From: Octopus sinensis
Taxonomy: Eukaryota
Length of the DNA stretch: 64,000 bases
NCBI RefSeq assembly: GCF_006345805.1
Contig: NC_043004.1
Location: forward strand, 62,186,001-62,250,000
Direction: 5' to 3'
Part shown: positions 14,303-29,200 of the stretch, piece after piece
Position numbering within the stretch: the stretch's first letter is position 1
Layout: every line of letters starts with the position of its first letter
Translations under genes and position numbers: made by a program
The notes under the pieces: generated by a model
The model's database searches: none
Told to the model about the DNA's origin: nothing
The model's input: the letters and a program-made list of their open reading frames with translations, nothing else

Positions 14303-14818
14303 CATGTACATATATATGTTTTTGTTGGGGTTCTTTTGTGCGCGCGTGCGTGTATGTGTGCGTGTGTCTATATGTCTGTGTATATACATAAGAAATTGAT
14401 AGAAAAGTGGTATGTATCTGAAAGTCTGCAAGCTTACATGCAATTTTTATAAACCCTTCGAAATGAACAACCATGGACGTACACTGTACAATACTCTACT
14501 CTTCTATGTATTTCGATATAAAATCCTGCTCGATATTTAGGTAACAGATAGACGAAAAAATACATCGTGAACTGTGAATATTACATAATTTTGAATAGCT
14601 AACGCAAATAAATATATAACAAGACATGGATACGTTTCCTTCCGTAATAACACCCCTCCCTTTCTTTTGCCTTCTTTCTCTCTCTTCCTATATATACGTA
14701 TATGCATATACTTTATTTCGCGTGTGTGCGCGCGTGCCTATATACACGTATATATAGACGCACAAACTCATAGACAAATATAAATCTGTGTGTTTGTGTA
14801 TATATATTATGGAGAGGC

Positions 14819-15316
14819 ACTTGCATAGGACGTGAGTTGATCTGAGATCGTGTTCTGAAACAAAAACTTTTGCAGCGTGGAAGATGGTTATAAGCCATTT
14901 AAGAGTACGCAAAAAAAAAACGTTAGATTCACTTCAACATTTAAATTTAATTTGTATCAAAATATTTTCGTCGCTTTGAAACCGCGACCACTTCACTGAC
15001 AAAATGTTGTGCCGCGCCTGAGAAAGTAACAGTCAGTTTATGATATATATGTGTTTATGTATGTATGTGTGTATGTATGTATGTATGTATGTATGTATGT
15101 ATGTATGTATGTATGTATGTGTGTATGTATGTATGAATGTATGTATGTATGTATGTATGTATGTATGTATGTATGTGTGTATGTACGTATGTCAGTGAAC
15201 AGGTCGCGGTTTCAATGCGACGAATATATTTTGACACAAATTAAATTTAAATGTAGATGTGAATCTAATGTTTTTCTTATGTATTCTTAAATGGTTTAAG
15301 AACATCTTCCACGCTG
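14819..15316. mobile_element. Foldback/MITE with about 126-bp inverted arms (14873-15000 / 15191-15316) around a (TATG)n core
   Basis: cagcgtggaagatg...cacttcactgac versus gtcagtgaacaggtcgcgg...catcttccacgctg. Confidence 0.8.
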
Positions 15317-16814
15317 TCATTTTATATATATATAATTGCACAGTAGGTGAACAATATATCCAGACAAATACATTTGAAACCCTGTAGTGCAATCCAAACT
15401 ATACCTAACAGCACCTAATAATATAAACAAAATATCCTAGAAGAAAAGCAACACCTACACATTTTTTATTACAGTCGATTATACAATATATTTCATTTAA
15501 ATCTCTGCTGTATGGATATGCGGCATTGTGGATTAGATTGCATCCAGTGTGTTCGTATGCATTCACGTTCATTCGCAGTATTGTCGATATTATTGTTTAA
15601 GGTTTACTAAAATATAATGGTTTAGGCAATGTTCTATCTCAGTAGGGAACCGTAACTGGTGTGTGTAAAAATAGGTGAGGAATAGTTAGAAACCTGATCA
15701 GCCTGTGTAACTTGTTTCATTGAAAACCTATATCCATAAAACAGTTTGGCTCTGGTGAAAACATCTAAGAGCTCCCAACATATCCGTAGGTCTCACCTTC
15801 AACGCCAATAATGTCCAAAATATTTGCGCTGTACATGAAATTATAATAACTCAGCAGTAAAAAGAATGGGACTTTCCAGAATCTCCTGTTCAGAAAGAAT
15901 ATACAAAGAGTAAGATCGTTGCTTTAGGCGCTCTGTTATTTGGCTAAGAATTAGACACTTAGTACATCCTCAGTCAAATAAATTATGTATTATATAGGTG
16001 TGTGCATGTGTACATTCGTCCGAGCCAGTGAGCGTCTCTGTGTATGTGTACATAAGTTCCGTAATGTATATTTTCGAGATTCAAACAACTGTAATAACTT
16101 CAGAGATATTAGAGCTATGCAAAATGCATCTATCGCGATTTTTCTTCTTTTTTTTTTCGTTTTCGTTTGAATTTATAGAACCTTTTTTCTCAATCTAGTG
16201 ATATAAAATTTAGCTTACTAAGCTTTGGATCATTGAAAATATTCTAATATTTTAGATTACTTTACATATAATGCCAATGAAAATGAAGAAACATATCCTA
16301 TATAGATGACAATATTATAATATCATTTAAAATTTTACCGATCATAATACTTGGAAAATTTCCACCAACCAATCAGGACAGCTTGACTTCGCAGATAGAT
16401 CATAACAAAAATGTAATCAGCCCTTAGTTCTCACCTCAAGCTAATACATTTCCCATTATTTACTTGTCCTTCTGATTTCTGGTGAAACAAGTTCATAAAT
16501 TCTTGCTACTGTTTTATTCCCGCATTTTTGTGCATTTTCTTTATATTGATATGATCTACACGACTCCATACATAAGTATGCAATAAAGACAAAAATAGAA
16601 CAAGCTTCTATATAGGTGTATGCTCTACACCAAATAGCTACGAATTCACTCTTTATATCCTTCTAAACAAGAAAGACATATTGACGGATTTAGACTTGAA
16701 TGCACGTTGTTCAAAAGCAGAAATATTTTCGCCATTTGTGTAAGTGGCCAGTGGTGGACTTACGCTAAATTACTCCTACCCTCCTCCTACTACTACTACT
16801 ACTACTACTACTAT

Positions 16815-16868
<54 letters not shown>

Positions 16869-17026
16869 ACGTATTCGGATATATTAAATGCGTCTATGCT
16901 CGCATGCATATTTGTGTTTCAATGAGTAGGTAGACATGTAAAAATATATCTACACATTTATCTTATTCTGTATACACACGCACTCATGCACACACACACA
17001 CACATATATATGTATATATATATATA

Positions 17027-17177
<151 letters not shown>

Positions 17178-18101
17178 ATATACATACACACATACATAAT
17201 ACATACTTGCGTGTATGTGTGTTTGAATACATTATTGACGTCTTCGTGTCCATGACTATGAAATCCAATACACTTTCTAAAAAGATTTTTTGAAAATTCC
17301 TCATGTATCGAAGAAACCATTAATAAAGAATTATTCAACATCCTTACTGTCTACTTTTTCTTAATATACAGTATCTGTACATCATTAGAAACACTGTACA
17401 AGCAAACATTCATACATGCATACATAACTGCATACCAACCTACCTACCTACCTACCTACCTACCTGCCTACATAATATACATACATACAAACATACATAT
17501 GTGTATGTGGGTATGTATAAATGTGTGTATGTACGTATGTATGTATTTATGTAGGCATGTATGTCCATGCGTGCACCTATATCGGTAGTAATTGAAACGG
17601 CATACAAAATAAAATCATCCCATATTTCTCTTTAGTATTGATACAAAACACCATGATGTTATATTTAAACACCTGTTTCTGAAAAAAATTATTTACGCTC
17701 AGAGATTATATACCTATATACCAGTAATCATTGGTTAATTGGATATCACGTACGTATTAATGTTATTCGATCATATGTTGAAACTAATTCTGTAGATATA
17801 TTTTCATATACTGTGACGTAATTCTCATTGTCCCGAATATTATTGGCTTTGTTAAGACGCTGCAATCAGTTTTCTGAAAACCTGTGGAGGACGCTTCATT
17901 TCCTTAACAGAAAGTGAACAATAGTGAAACAAGTCTAATGAATGAGAAAAAATCCCAAGAAATACATTCTTGTTTACTTTTACAATGAACGGGTGTTATA
18001 ATATCCTCATCTCTGTATTCATGTACCACTATTGTTATCTACTGTATATATGTATCACGTTTTCTGAGTTTCACCATCTTGTCTCTCAAAGTTTTCTTCT
18101 A

Positions 18102-18153
<52 letters not shown>

Positions 18154-18467
18154 GGGGGAGTGTCTGTATGTGTACATTTATATGTGTATATATATATATA
18201 TGTATACATATATATATATATACATACACATACTTATACACACATATACATGTGTGTGGGCATGAATAGGTATTTAATAATTTAAATATAAACGTATATA
18301 TATATATACACATGTACGTATATATATACACATGCACACATATATATGGAGGCGATGCACATCATCATAGCAAATGAGCATAATGTGACTCACTGTATCA
18401 ACTTTAACAGATCATGTGTGTCTATGTGTGTATGGCGTGTGTATTAATACATTCATAAATACATCCG

Positions 18468-19340
18468 TATAAGAGGTTTGATCAACAAGTATGTGAACTG
18501 TTGCCGCAGTAACGAAGCTTAAGCACGCAGACTAAAGCCGCTTAACAAAGATTGACTTTGAATTTTGCATTGTACGTGTTCTTAGTTTTAACTTACTAGC
18601 TCATTTCTGATGTTTACAGGGGTGCTTGGAAGTAAGGTGTGTAACCTGAGTTCGTTGCATTGGCCATTACAGAGAAAGTTGTCATGGAGATATCTGCTCG
18701 GAGGCCTACGCAAATTTGCAGAAAGTGTATGTAGAGGCGTGTATGACACGCACACATGTGTATGAGTGTTTTAGACGTTTCAAGAAGGCGGAAATATGTC
18801 TATACTGAAGAACTTTATGGGAGACCCACAACAAGCAGAACTGAGAGAAACTTCGCAGATATGCGTGCAGCTGTGAGGGGAAATCGACGAATCACCATCC
18901 GTGAGTTATCAGATTATTTGCACATTTGTTACAGTTGACTGTAGTCTACTATCACTGAAGATGTTGGTATGAGACAGGTGTCCTCCAATTCTATGCCAAC
19001 ATTGTTTCAGCTGCCCAGAGAGACCATTGGGTTTCAGTTGGACAAGGTCTTGATTATGTTGAAAACGGCGAAAAATTTTTTAAACTTTGCGTACGCCTTT
19101 AGGCAGGTATCGCGAAGCTTTTAGCAAAATTTGATGCAGATTCGTGCTCAAATTTCGCTGTCATGATAAAGGCGACGGTCACACGCTACACAACTTTAGT
19201 CCAAGCATAGGTCTAAACGGCAGAAACGATCTAGCACATGTACAGCAGATTTGAAGGTCAATCTGAGCGAAATGGCTTTAACCTACGTGCTCTCCTTTCG
19301 TTACTATTGCAACAGTCCGGATACTTATTGATCACAAAAC

Positions 19341-19343
<3 letters not shown>
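18468..19343. mobile_element. Mariner-derived element built from two convergent left ends
   Basis: The plus strand encodes a mariner N-terminus (ICSEAYANLQKV...GRPTTSRTE...RGNRRITIRELSD). The minus strand from about 19180 encodes RICIKFC*KLRDTCLKAYAK. The termini are inverted repeats flanked by TA. Confidence 0.75.
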
Positions 19344-19385
<42 letters not shown>

Positions 19386-20805
19386 TACGCCACCACTCAC
19401 AGATTGTCCATGAAAGCTTATAACGCTTTTCGACAGCTAGTTTGTATGTGAATGTACCTGCGTGTTTGTAATATATATATACACACATATACACTCACAT
19501 ATATATGTATATGTGTGTATGTATGTGTGGATATGTATGTATACATATATTTATAGACAGACACACACAAGCGATCTGTCTAAAACCGTTGTACACTTAT
19601 ATGGACAATGTGTGCGTGGTTGCATGTGTGAGTTTGCTGTTATATGTTTCTTCGTCTTTAACTGCTCCCGTATCTGGAATTATATGTTCTGAGCAGGACT
19701 TTGCCACACATTTTTACTTTTGAATCGCATTTTATGAAGATAATTTGCTCAGAGACGGTAATTCTATTGTGTTATTATTATTACTATTTTTTTTGTAAAA
19801 CTCTTTTCTCTTTTGTTTCCCCTTTTCACTTTTTTTCTGTCTTCTATTCTTGTATATATTAGTTTTTCATAAATGTTGTGAATTAATAACAAATATTAGG
19901 AATCAATACGTGTATTATGTTCGAGGGTGTTGCAGTTACCGAAACTTTAAATTGGTTAGCTAAATATCTGGTAACAGTAACATCTCACTCTCGCAACAAT
20001 TTCATTACCGTGCTTGCTGAATATTATTGACGAATATTTTTCAAATCCCACAAGACTAGGTAATGAAAAGAAAAACATAAGTGATACCCATGGCTTTGAC
20101 TATTATTCCACTGTATGAATAATTATGTATATCACATCCAAGAGAACAAGAATATCTTGCAGTATGTAGCTATTTGTTCCTCATTTTTCGAAACGTAACC
20201 GACATTTAAATAAATCGTGTGGGTTTTTGTTTAGGTCACATGGTCGAAGGCTCAGGGTCCATTTTTGCGTTAGAAAGTGCAGTTTTCAGCAAAATATTTT
20301 TCTTTACTCGTCTGCAATCCATTAGACGTAGAAACTGAGTAACAATGTACCCGGTCACCAACAAATTGGTGAAACAGCATTAAGAAAACTCTTCTACAGT
20401 ACAAAGCTTTCAAGCATGTATAAGAATCCATTTAACTTCGTACTACACAGCTACATTCTTACTTTATTTTACTGGATCTGTCCTTGTCCTTCAGGTCACG
20501 CTGAATATAATGTAACAGATAAGGATTCAATATAACATTAATTAATGCCCCATCTAAATGACTTGAAAATAATAAAAACTTTATTACTAGTGAAATGCAG
20601 AAAGCATATTTCTGTGAGGAATGATAAGTAAACGTCAAGCGCAAGGGGAGAAATTTTTAATAAGTGTTTAATTTTTTTATGTAATTACATGTAATAAAAG
20701 TTAGCTTTATACACGTTGTTTAATTGGAACGTGAATGCGATAAACGCGCTTGAATTATTTACTGGAGAAAAGGTTCTTGTTTACAAACATCATCACGGAC
20801 TGGGG

Positions 20806-20856
<51 letters not shown>

Positions 20857-20985
20857 CTATATATATATATATACGTACATCTGTATATATATATAAGTAT
20901 ATATATATATATATATAAGTTTATATTTAAATTATTAAATACCTATTCATGCCCACACACATATATATGTGTGTATAAGTATGTG

Positions 20986-21043
<58 letters not shown>

Positions 21044-23479
21044 CATAAGATCATTGAGAGGCAGTACAATTATTGTCGACGGCTGCGTTAGACTTTTATT
21101 TCACTCAGTTTCAATTGTTAAGTCGAAACTACATTTTTTTTCTCATGTTTCGAAAATTCTTCACGAAATTATGACTGCTATATCCATCAAGGAACCAGAA
21201 GGCATTGAAGCCACTTTAATATCACAATTGGAGAACGGTGGCAGTTACACACATATTTATCTAGAATTTATCTGAAAGTTGAAAATATCAAGTTTGAGAC
21301 GATTTACGGTTTGTTGGTGTTACAGCTAAATGATCCGGATACAGCATAGTTTTAATAAAACTCCCATATTGATATCGAATTTCCTGATTAGCAGCATAAT
21401 AAGGAAATATCCGTTGTATTTCCTTTTTTATAACTTTTGATGTTCCAATACACATTACATTGGCGTTTTTCTATACTGCAGATTAAATTTGGAATGAGAT
21501 TCGGCCATTGTGCAGATTAGAGGCCTGTACAAGAAGAGAGGACGGGGAATATATAGAGATATAAGGAAATGAAAGAACAAGAACGATTTAGCTGAAGGTG
21601 AGCTAAACTTTATTTGATTAAAAGTAAGCAATGGAAGTTCCATGGAAGTACGTGATCTGGCTTTTGTGTAGATTGTGCGAGTGTGAGTAGGTGCATGCGC
21701 ATTTATGTACGTAAATGTATGTATGTGAATGTATATACTATGGTAAAAACTATAAAAACAATAAAACCATACATCAGTAATTACGTGTAACTTCGCGCCC
21801 TTTCCGGAAAGATTTTAAAACGGTAAAATTAAGCCCATGATAAATATATTACGCTTGCAAATGCAAAGATATGCAACATTAGAGGTGACACTCTATACTT
21901 TCCAAACGTAACTGGGAACTGAAACTTTAGAAGAAAATATTTAGGAAGAATAGCCTTTCCAACAGATTGAGATGCACCGTAGTTTGTTATTGTTACTTGG
22001 GAAGATACTGGCCAGTATTTCATTGGATGGCAACTCCATTCCCGTCTGAGTACATCTGAGTGGGAGTTGAAGTTTTAGATTGTATTGAAGATGCTCCAAA
22101 AATTGTGGAGAATATTGCAGAATTTACCAACCTGTCCAACTGAGTGGAGCTGCATGCAGCGTTTGTGGGTAGATGAGCAAGTTGCCACTGAGGGGTAATT
22201 CAAACTACTTAAGGACATTCTAATCTCAAATATCGGCTACTGACACTACTTCCGACAACAAATGAACAATGTACAGCTTTAGTATTAACAATAGTTAATA
22301 CTAAATTATTAAAATATTGTTTAACGAAAGCAAAAATAGGAACATTTACTGGAAAAAAAACAATTCGTATCTTTTCGTTGGCAAGTTAAAGTCACTAAAG
22401 TATCTAACCAAATGGTTAGAACTTCTTCCCTCTGAGGTTTAAGTTACTTTCCCTGTATTTTCCCATTATGCACCATTTTGGGTATTTATACCCCACAAAA
22501 CCCCAATATCTCAAGAACCCCTTGTCTGATTTACCCGAAGGTTGTTTTATTCCGTTTGTAGTCACATTTCAGGAGCGCTTTACTTTCAAAGTATCCTCCC
22601 ATTAGGCGCCAGTTTGGCTGTGCAACATTGAAAGCAAGCAGGCAAATTGAAATTCATTTGTTAATAGAATATAGACACACGCTTAACTAATATTAGAAAA
22701 TAAATAATAATAGCTTGATAGAATTTATACACGCACATACAATGACTTACATATCTATATATGAATATGTGTGTTTATGTGTGTGTGTGTGTATTTTTGA
22801 GCTCGTATGCATTTGTGATGATCGTTCTTTCAGAGAAGGAAAATTCGTTTCACGTATTGCAAATATATTTGGATGAACAGCGTGAGTAATAGCTCTTAAA
22901 TTCATCAAGTGAATCTCAGTATCACAGCGTCCAATATTGCTATGAATGTAAACATTCTGGTGTCGCTGTTTCAATAATTGACATAATTGAGTGTATAGTA
23001 TTCAAGATTGTTCTCATACACTTGAGACTAAGCTTTAATATCAATCTTCGGACATTCTTGTGTAGCACACCTGCGAAACATTTGAATTGAAATGTTAAAA
23101 CGATTCACCCTTAGTATCACGATTGCTTGATTGCTTTTATCTACGCATTTCTGATTTTATAGCCCGGTTGTATATCAAAACTTTCGCAATTATATAAAAT
23201 TTATATGAAAAATACTTCACCTGATCACTTTGTATTTAATGATGATATTAGAGAAGAAATATAATTATAGACCAACAAAAATTATTGTCTTCAAATGGAA
23301 ATAATAATAAATGGAATATAAAATGTGAATATTACATACGCACATACGCACATACGAATATACACACACGCGCATGTGTCTGTGCGTGAATGCGTGTGTG
23401 GCTGTGTATGTTTGTGTGTGCGTCTGTTATTTCTACCAAATGAGCTGAGGGCCTCTTTATCTCGTCCTCGCATACTTAC

Positions 23480-23527
<48 letters not shown>

Positions 23528-24491
23528 ATGTGTGTGTGTATGTATGTGCGTGTGTGTGTACATAAAAGCACACAAGCATAGATAAATACTTACATATACA
23601 CACATACATACATGCATACATATAAGGATATAGACTTGAAAGCAACAAAGATGTTTTTAAGACTTAATGACTGTCTTCCACAGAATATCAGTAACTCCAT
23701 TACATGCCATTTCCATACTATATTATTTCTTTATAACTAATTTTCCTGCAGCGTTAATAATCCAAAATGTGCACTCCCTCCTTCATTCCCGCCTTATGAA
23801 ATCCACATTGAATTGTTCGTATCTTTCGTTATTTCCCCCTTCCTCTGATCTTCCTTTTGATCTTCTTTTACTCCTTACTTCTATTCTTGTTCTCCCCTTG
23901 TTTATATTTCCTTTTCCTTCACACTTACTTCTACTTTCATTTACACGCCCTTTTACCCTTATAGTCATTTCTCTCTTTTACTTCTTTTCAATTGTTCTGA
24001 CTTTCCCTCCTCATCTCTCAAATGACCTTGACTATCACACACAGCGACATTATATATCCTTGCTTATGATTTATTTAATTAGCTTCAATTGTCACACATC
24101 CGAAGACTCTGTTAAAGTAGCTAGAGAATGATCGACAGCATAAAATATTATATGCATATGTATACATACAGACAGGCAGAAATACATACACTCATACATA
24201 CACATACAGAGTGCGAGACACACACACAAACACACATACATATATCCACATTGCTAGAAATAAGGGCTAAACTGCTCTAATGCTGAACTCAAATTATATA
24301 ATTTTATACATATATACAGACAAGGACTATAATCATCCGAAACCTCGTTCGAGAAATTTCCGGTGTGTTTTTTGAAGAAATTTGAGCGAAAATTTAGCAG
24401 ATAAACCGATGCAAAAATTGGTAAGAACAACAAATGTTATTGACACTCACGTAGCGTGTTCGAAACTACGCATTTACTGCTCAAAAGACAA

Positions 24492-24535
<44 letters not shown>

Positions 24536-24551
24536 ATAATAATAATAATAA

Positions 24552-24582
<31 letters not shown>

Positions 24583-24645
24583 AAGAAGAAGAACAACAAC
24601 AACAACAACAACAACAATAACAACAACAACAATTATAATAATAAT
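24492..24645. repeat. Compound trinucleotide microsatellite (TAC)n(TAA)n(GAA)n(CAA)n(TAA)n
   Basis: Direct reading. Confidence 0.95.
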
Positions 24646-26045
24646 GAAATGAAGTGGATGGAGCCTCCCTATATCATGATTATTGAGGCATCTAATGACG
24701 GTGTCACAATAAAAATAATGGTAATCGCGCAACCTGATAATCGCTACCTCATGTGAGTGACAATGAAACGACAAAATATTGTGGATAACGGTAGTCATGA
24801 AACTGTTGCAGCCGACGGGCTCAGAGATTCTGGCCCGGCTCCAGCCTGTCGATATCCAGGAAGGGATCACCACCCATGGCGTAGATGGAGCAAGCAAATT
24901 AATGCTGTGGTCGTGGAGGGTAACTACCTGAGCAAACCAGTAGATGAAAATGGTGCTCAAATTAGGGGTTACTGATAACGTATGTATGATCATTGGACGT
25001 AAATGTGATTGTTTCAACTCACGGAGCAGAAACTATGTAATGCTACTAGAGTAATAAGAAAAAATCATTGGTTCACAGAAATAGAGCTCGAAGCTATCAA
25101 AAGATGGGTCTTGGAAAATAGCTGCAGAGATAACGATGAAAATACAGTTCTTACTAATAGAGAAAGGGGTCCTTAAAAGTGAACAAAAATACAGGGCGCT
25201 GAAAAGGAAGTATAATATTGAAAGAAAGGGATTGAAAGTGATAATGGAGGAACTAAAATAGCGTCTCGTTTCCAAGAAAGCAAAGAATGGATGTACAATT
25301 TCATAGGGATGTTGGAGATAAGAGAGACAGAGAAAAAAGATGGCTGTGGATGATTAAAAATGATTTGAAACCAAAAACGGAGGTTTCAATGAGTACTGCC
25401 CTAGAGCAAGCACTAAGAACAAACTACATATAATACAGAATTGACAACACATCAAAAAGTGATATGTTCAGAATCTGTGGACAAAATAAAGAAACTGTAC
25501 GGCACATTACCAGTCAATGTACGCCACTAGCCTAGAAGGTATATAAGAGGCGACACTACAATATAGCTAAGTTTGTCCACTGGACACCTTGCAACAAGTA
25601 TGGACTTTACAGAGCAAAATATTGGTACGACCACAAACCCGAGAGAATCACCGAAAATGATAACGCAAAGATCTTGTGGAATTTTAAGATTCAGTATGTC
25701 TATCAGATAGAGAGTAGGAAGCTAGACATAATTGAGAAAGAAAGCAAACTAAGCTGGACCATAGAAAAAAACATACACATCTGACAACAAGGTAAGCGAT
25801 AAGGAAGAAAGAAAAGTTGAAAGATATGACAGGTTAGCTTGGGAATTTAAGCAGTTGGGGTCGATCAAAAAGGTAGCAGTAGTACCAATAATTCTAAAAC
25901 AAACTTACAATTTTCTTATGTTTTCTTAAACATTCTCTTGAACAATACTATGTGGAAGAACAATATACGACACCCTAGGCACAATCCCAACTTGAACTTC
26001 TAACTTGTTGTCTCTTGACGTCCATGGGTGACACATGGAGTTAAA
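24646..26045 (+). mobile_element. R4/Dong-clade non-LTR element with both ends but no RT
   Basis: N-terminal motifs (RRWSKQINAVV...IRGY; EQKLCNATRVIRKNHWFTEIELE) are followed by C-terminal ones (EQALRTNY...RICGQNKETVRHITSQC...WYDHKPE...KILWNF; zinc knuckle and restriction-like endonuclease) and a 3' UTR shared with 29500-29652. TAA-type repeats flank both sides. Confidence 0.75.
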
Positions 26046-26159
26046 AAAATAATGATGATCGTCATCATAATCATGATCATGATCATGATCATGATGCTCC
26101 TGCTGTTGCTGCTGCTGATGATGATGATGATGATAATAATAATAATAATAATAATAATA

Positions 26160-26198
<39 letters not shown>

Positions 26199-26208
26199 CA
26201 ATAATAAT

Positions 26209-29200
26209 GAGAAGCCGTGCGCTGAATAACATCAAGGATGTGCAACACCGGGCTCCCCATTCAAAAGCAATTCTAATTCAATAACCTCGATTGAATTAGA
26301 TAAAGGAACCTGTGGAAGACTTGAAGAAAGCAGTCTTTTAACGAAAATAATAAAACAAAAAACGAACGTTTACTGCGATACAAAGTACAGTTTCTCCTAT
26401 GCACGATGCCTCAGTGAAACACGTGTGAAACACAAACACACGAAGTCAACGCCGGAATGTTTACAAATATAAAGTAGAAATGGAACAAAACAGTAACTAC
26501 AGAAATTGCGTAATTACGCATACACTCGAATGTCTACAGAATCATATATATTTTTTCATATCCATAGGACTACACATACATCTACGTGAAATTTACAGGA
26601 CACAAATTCAAGCATATGAGAACACGTGTCACAAAGGAAGCAAAAACGAAAAACGAACTAACACCGAGTGAACCATTCATGAGTTTGAAAACACCACAAA
26701 GAACTATGCTTGGAGATAAACATATGAACAAAAAAATACAAACGAATACAGATCTGTTAGTCTTACGAAGCTACGGTACGAGCAATGTTTACTGGCAGAG
26801 AAGTCGGTGATGGTGTTGTCTCAAAAATTGAACTGAAACAGACAAACACATCCCCTAATACCAACGTCGAAGTTGTTCATGCCTCAATGATAACAACGCA
26901 AATTACAAATCAGATTATTTGTCGACCGGATCTGAAAGGGCTACGTATTCGACATAGATTTGTTAGTTTTAAGAAGCTACGTTACGAGTAATGTTTACAT
27001 GTAGAGAACTCGGAGATGGTGTTGCATCAAAAGAATTACCCTAAAAAGACAGATCCGTCCCCTAATGTCGACGTCGAAGCTCGTCATGCCTCACAGTTCA
27101 TCGTCGGGATTACAAAAGGTCATGTACTCGAATGAGGAACCAGATTCACTTCGAGAAATCAGCTACTGGTTAAAATCTTCCCGACACACAGGAACTGGAG
27201 GTACCCCACAACCGGAATATTCCAACAAATGGCTATCTATGCCCGTCATCAAACAACCAAAAGAAAAAGAATGAAAAATGGTCTAGAGAAGATAATGACG
27301 TCCTTACGGCCTTCTACCATCCCATATATTTCCCCACCAATAAATCTAATACTGTACAAACCTACTTAAACTGGAGACAGAAACACCTTGAAGTAAGACC
27401 CTACATGGACAGTAACAAAGTTGCTAACGTCAGAAGAAACGTTATGAAAAACTTTACTAACAGAAGTAGAGATTGACCAAATTAAACAGGCGGTAAGGAA
27501 TAAAAAGAACGAAGCTGCAGCTAAAGAAGATACTACAGAGGAAATAATCATAGACCAGCCCAGGGCTGATGAAAATACTGTAATGATTGGAAGAGTTAAT
27601 ATAAGTAATAAGCAAAGTGAAATACACCCTGAACTAAACATAAACACTAAGGCAGATTAAAATCAAATAGATGAAGAGAGTCACACATAAATTGACCCAA
27701 CAGAACTACCTAATCTAAAAAATCAAATCATGACTCAATTGCAGAAAATTAAAGAAACCAGTATGAATGAACGCGATACTCTCCTAAAAAGTCGCAATTC
27801 TAACCAAAAGCTGAAAATAATTGTTAAAATCCCCCTTTGACTTAAAATGTAATTTCACCTTATGATGTTGATATTTCAGATCTCAACCACCTGTACTATG
27901 CATCCGCGAAAATCTCAGCAATTTTATGTGGCGAGAAGTTTATAAAACGACAACATTCCCACAAAAAGCCTTCTTGGCAAGAAGGTAGTCAACACCAAAT
28001 TAAGCTATTTAGGTCTGACATAGAATGTTTGAAAATCCTTAAGTTTAACAAGATTATCAAATCCGAAAATTAAAGAAGAAATATAATAGGAAAACCTTCA
28101 AGTTTTATAATAGAAACCTTCAAGCAAAAGATATATTCTGAAGCTTTCCACATAGAAAGGTAGGAAAAGCGCGTTAGATTCTTCTAGGACAACAATTTGT
28201 TCAAAAATAACCACATGGGTTTTCACAGGAATATAAGAAAGATACCAGTTACTGTAAAGTCTGTCTCATCAAAAGAAGTGCAGGAATTTTGGAATAAAAT
28301 TTGGGCAGAAGAAAAAACTACGTCCCTTGGATTGATAGAATATCTACACACTTAGACTCCTAAGTGGGAGGGTGTCCAGTTAGAAGATATATGAATTGCT
28401 TTCTGGAGGTCAAGCAAATGGAAGTCTCCAGGAAATGATAAAATTCCTAACTTCTGGTTGAATGCCTTCCCAGAGAGCCATGAACTACTAACAAAACTTT
28501 ACAACGATGTTTTGCAATATCCGAGTATCATCCCCTCATTGCTAGCTAATGGTTTAACATTCCTACTTTCAAAAAATGAAGAAATAAATGAACCGAGAAT
28601 CATCGACCCATTGCCTGCTTAATAACTATGTACAAAACGCTGACATTTGTCCTGACTGAATATACCAATAGTTTTTTTAATAGAAAGTAACATATTCCCT
28701 AATGAGCAAAAATGATGTAAACGTGGATCTTATGGTTGTAAAGATCAGCTATTCATCAATAAGATGATCTTAGAAGATTGTCATAAACGACAACAAAATC
28801 TTGTCAATAGCCTGGGTAGACTATAAAAAGCTTTTGATAGCCTACTACATAGCTGGACTAAGAAATGTCTGGAAATGTCTAAAATAGCTCCTACTCTGCG
28901 AAAATCTTTGTATTAGATCATGGAGAAACACACCGACTCTGAACAGTGACAATGAATGTCTAGTTGCTGGAGATGTAAAGAATCCATGTGGCATTTTTCC
29001 AGGGTGACTCACTATCACCACCCCTCTTTTGTCTAGCCTTAATAGGGTCCAAATGATTCAATGGTGCACAGTACGGTTACAAAATGCTTGATAATAACAT
29101 AAATCATTCCGTTTTCAAGGATGATTTAAATCTATTTGCAAAAAGTTACCAACATCTCAAGGCCTTACTAGCGATTGTTAAACAGTTCAGTGATGAAATA

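Noticed and set aside
24646-24720. HDV-like ribozyme at the 5' ends of the R4/Dong elements, the 600-bp retroposon and the 30003-30326 insert
   Set aside because: Manual folding did not give the nested double pseudoknot (P1, P1.1, P2, P3, P4). An RNAbob/Infernal search on family consensus sequences is needed.
24382-25017. ORFs with poly-T/N/K or poly-I/V/L/S tracts
   Set aside because: They are read-through of the compound trinucleotide microsatellite and the LINE 5' end.
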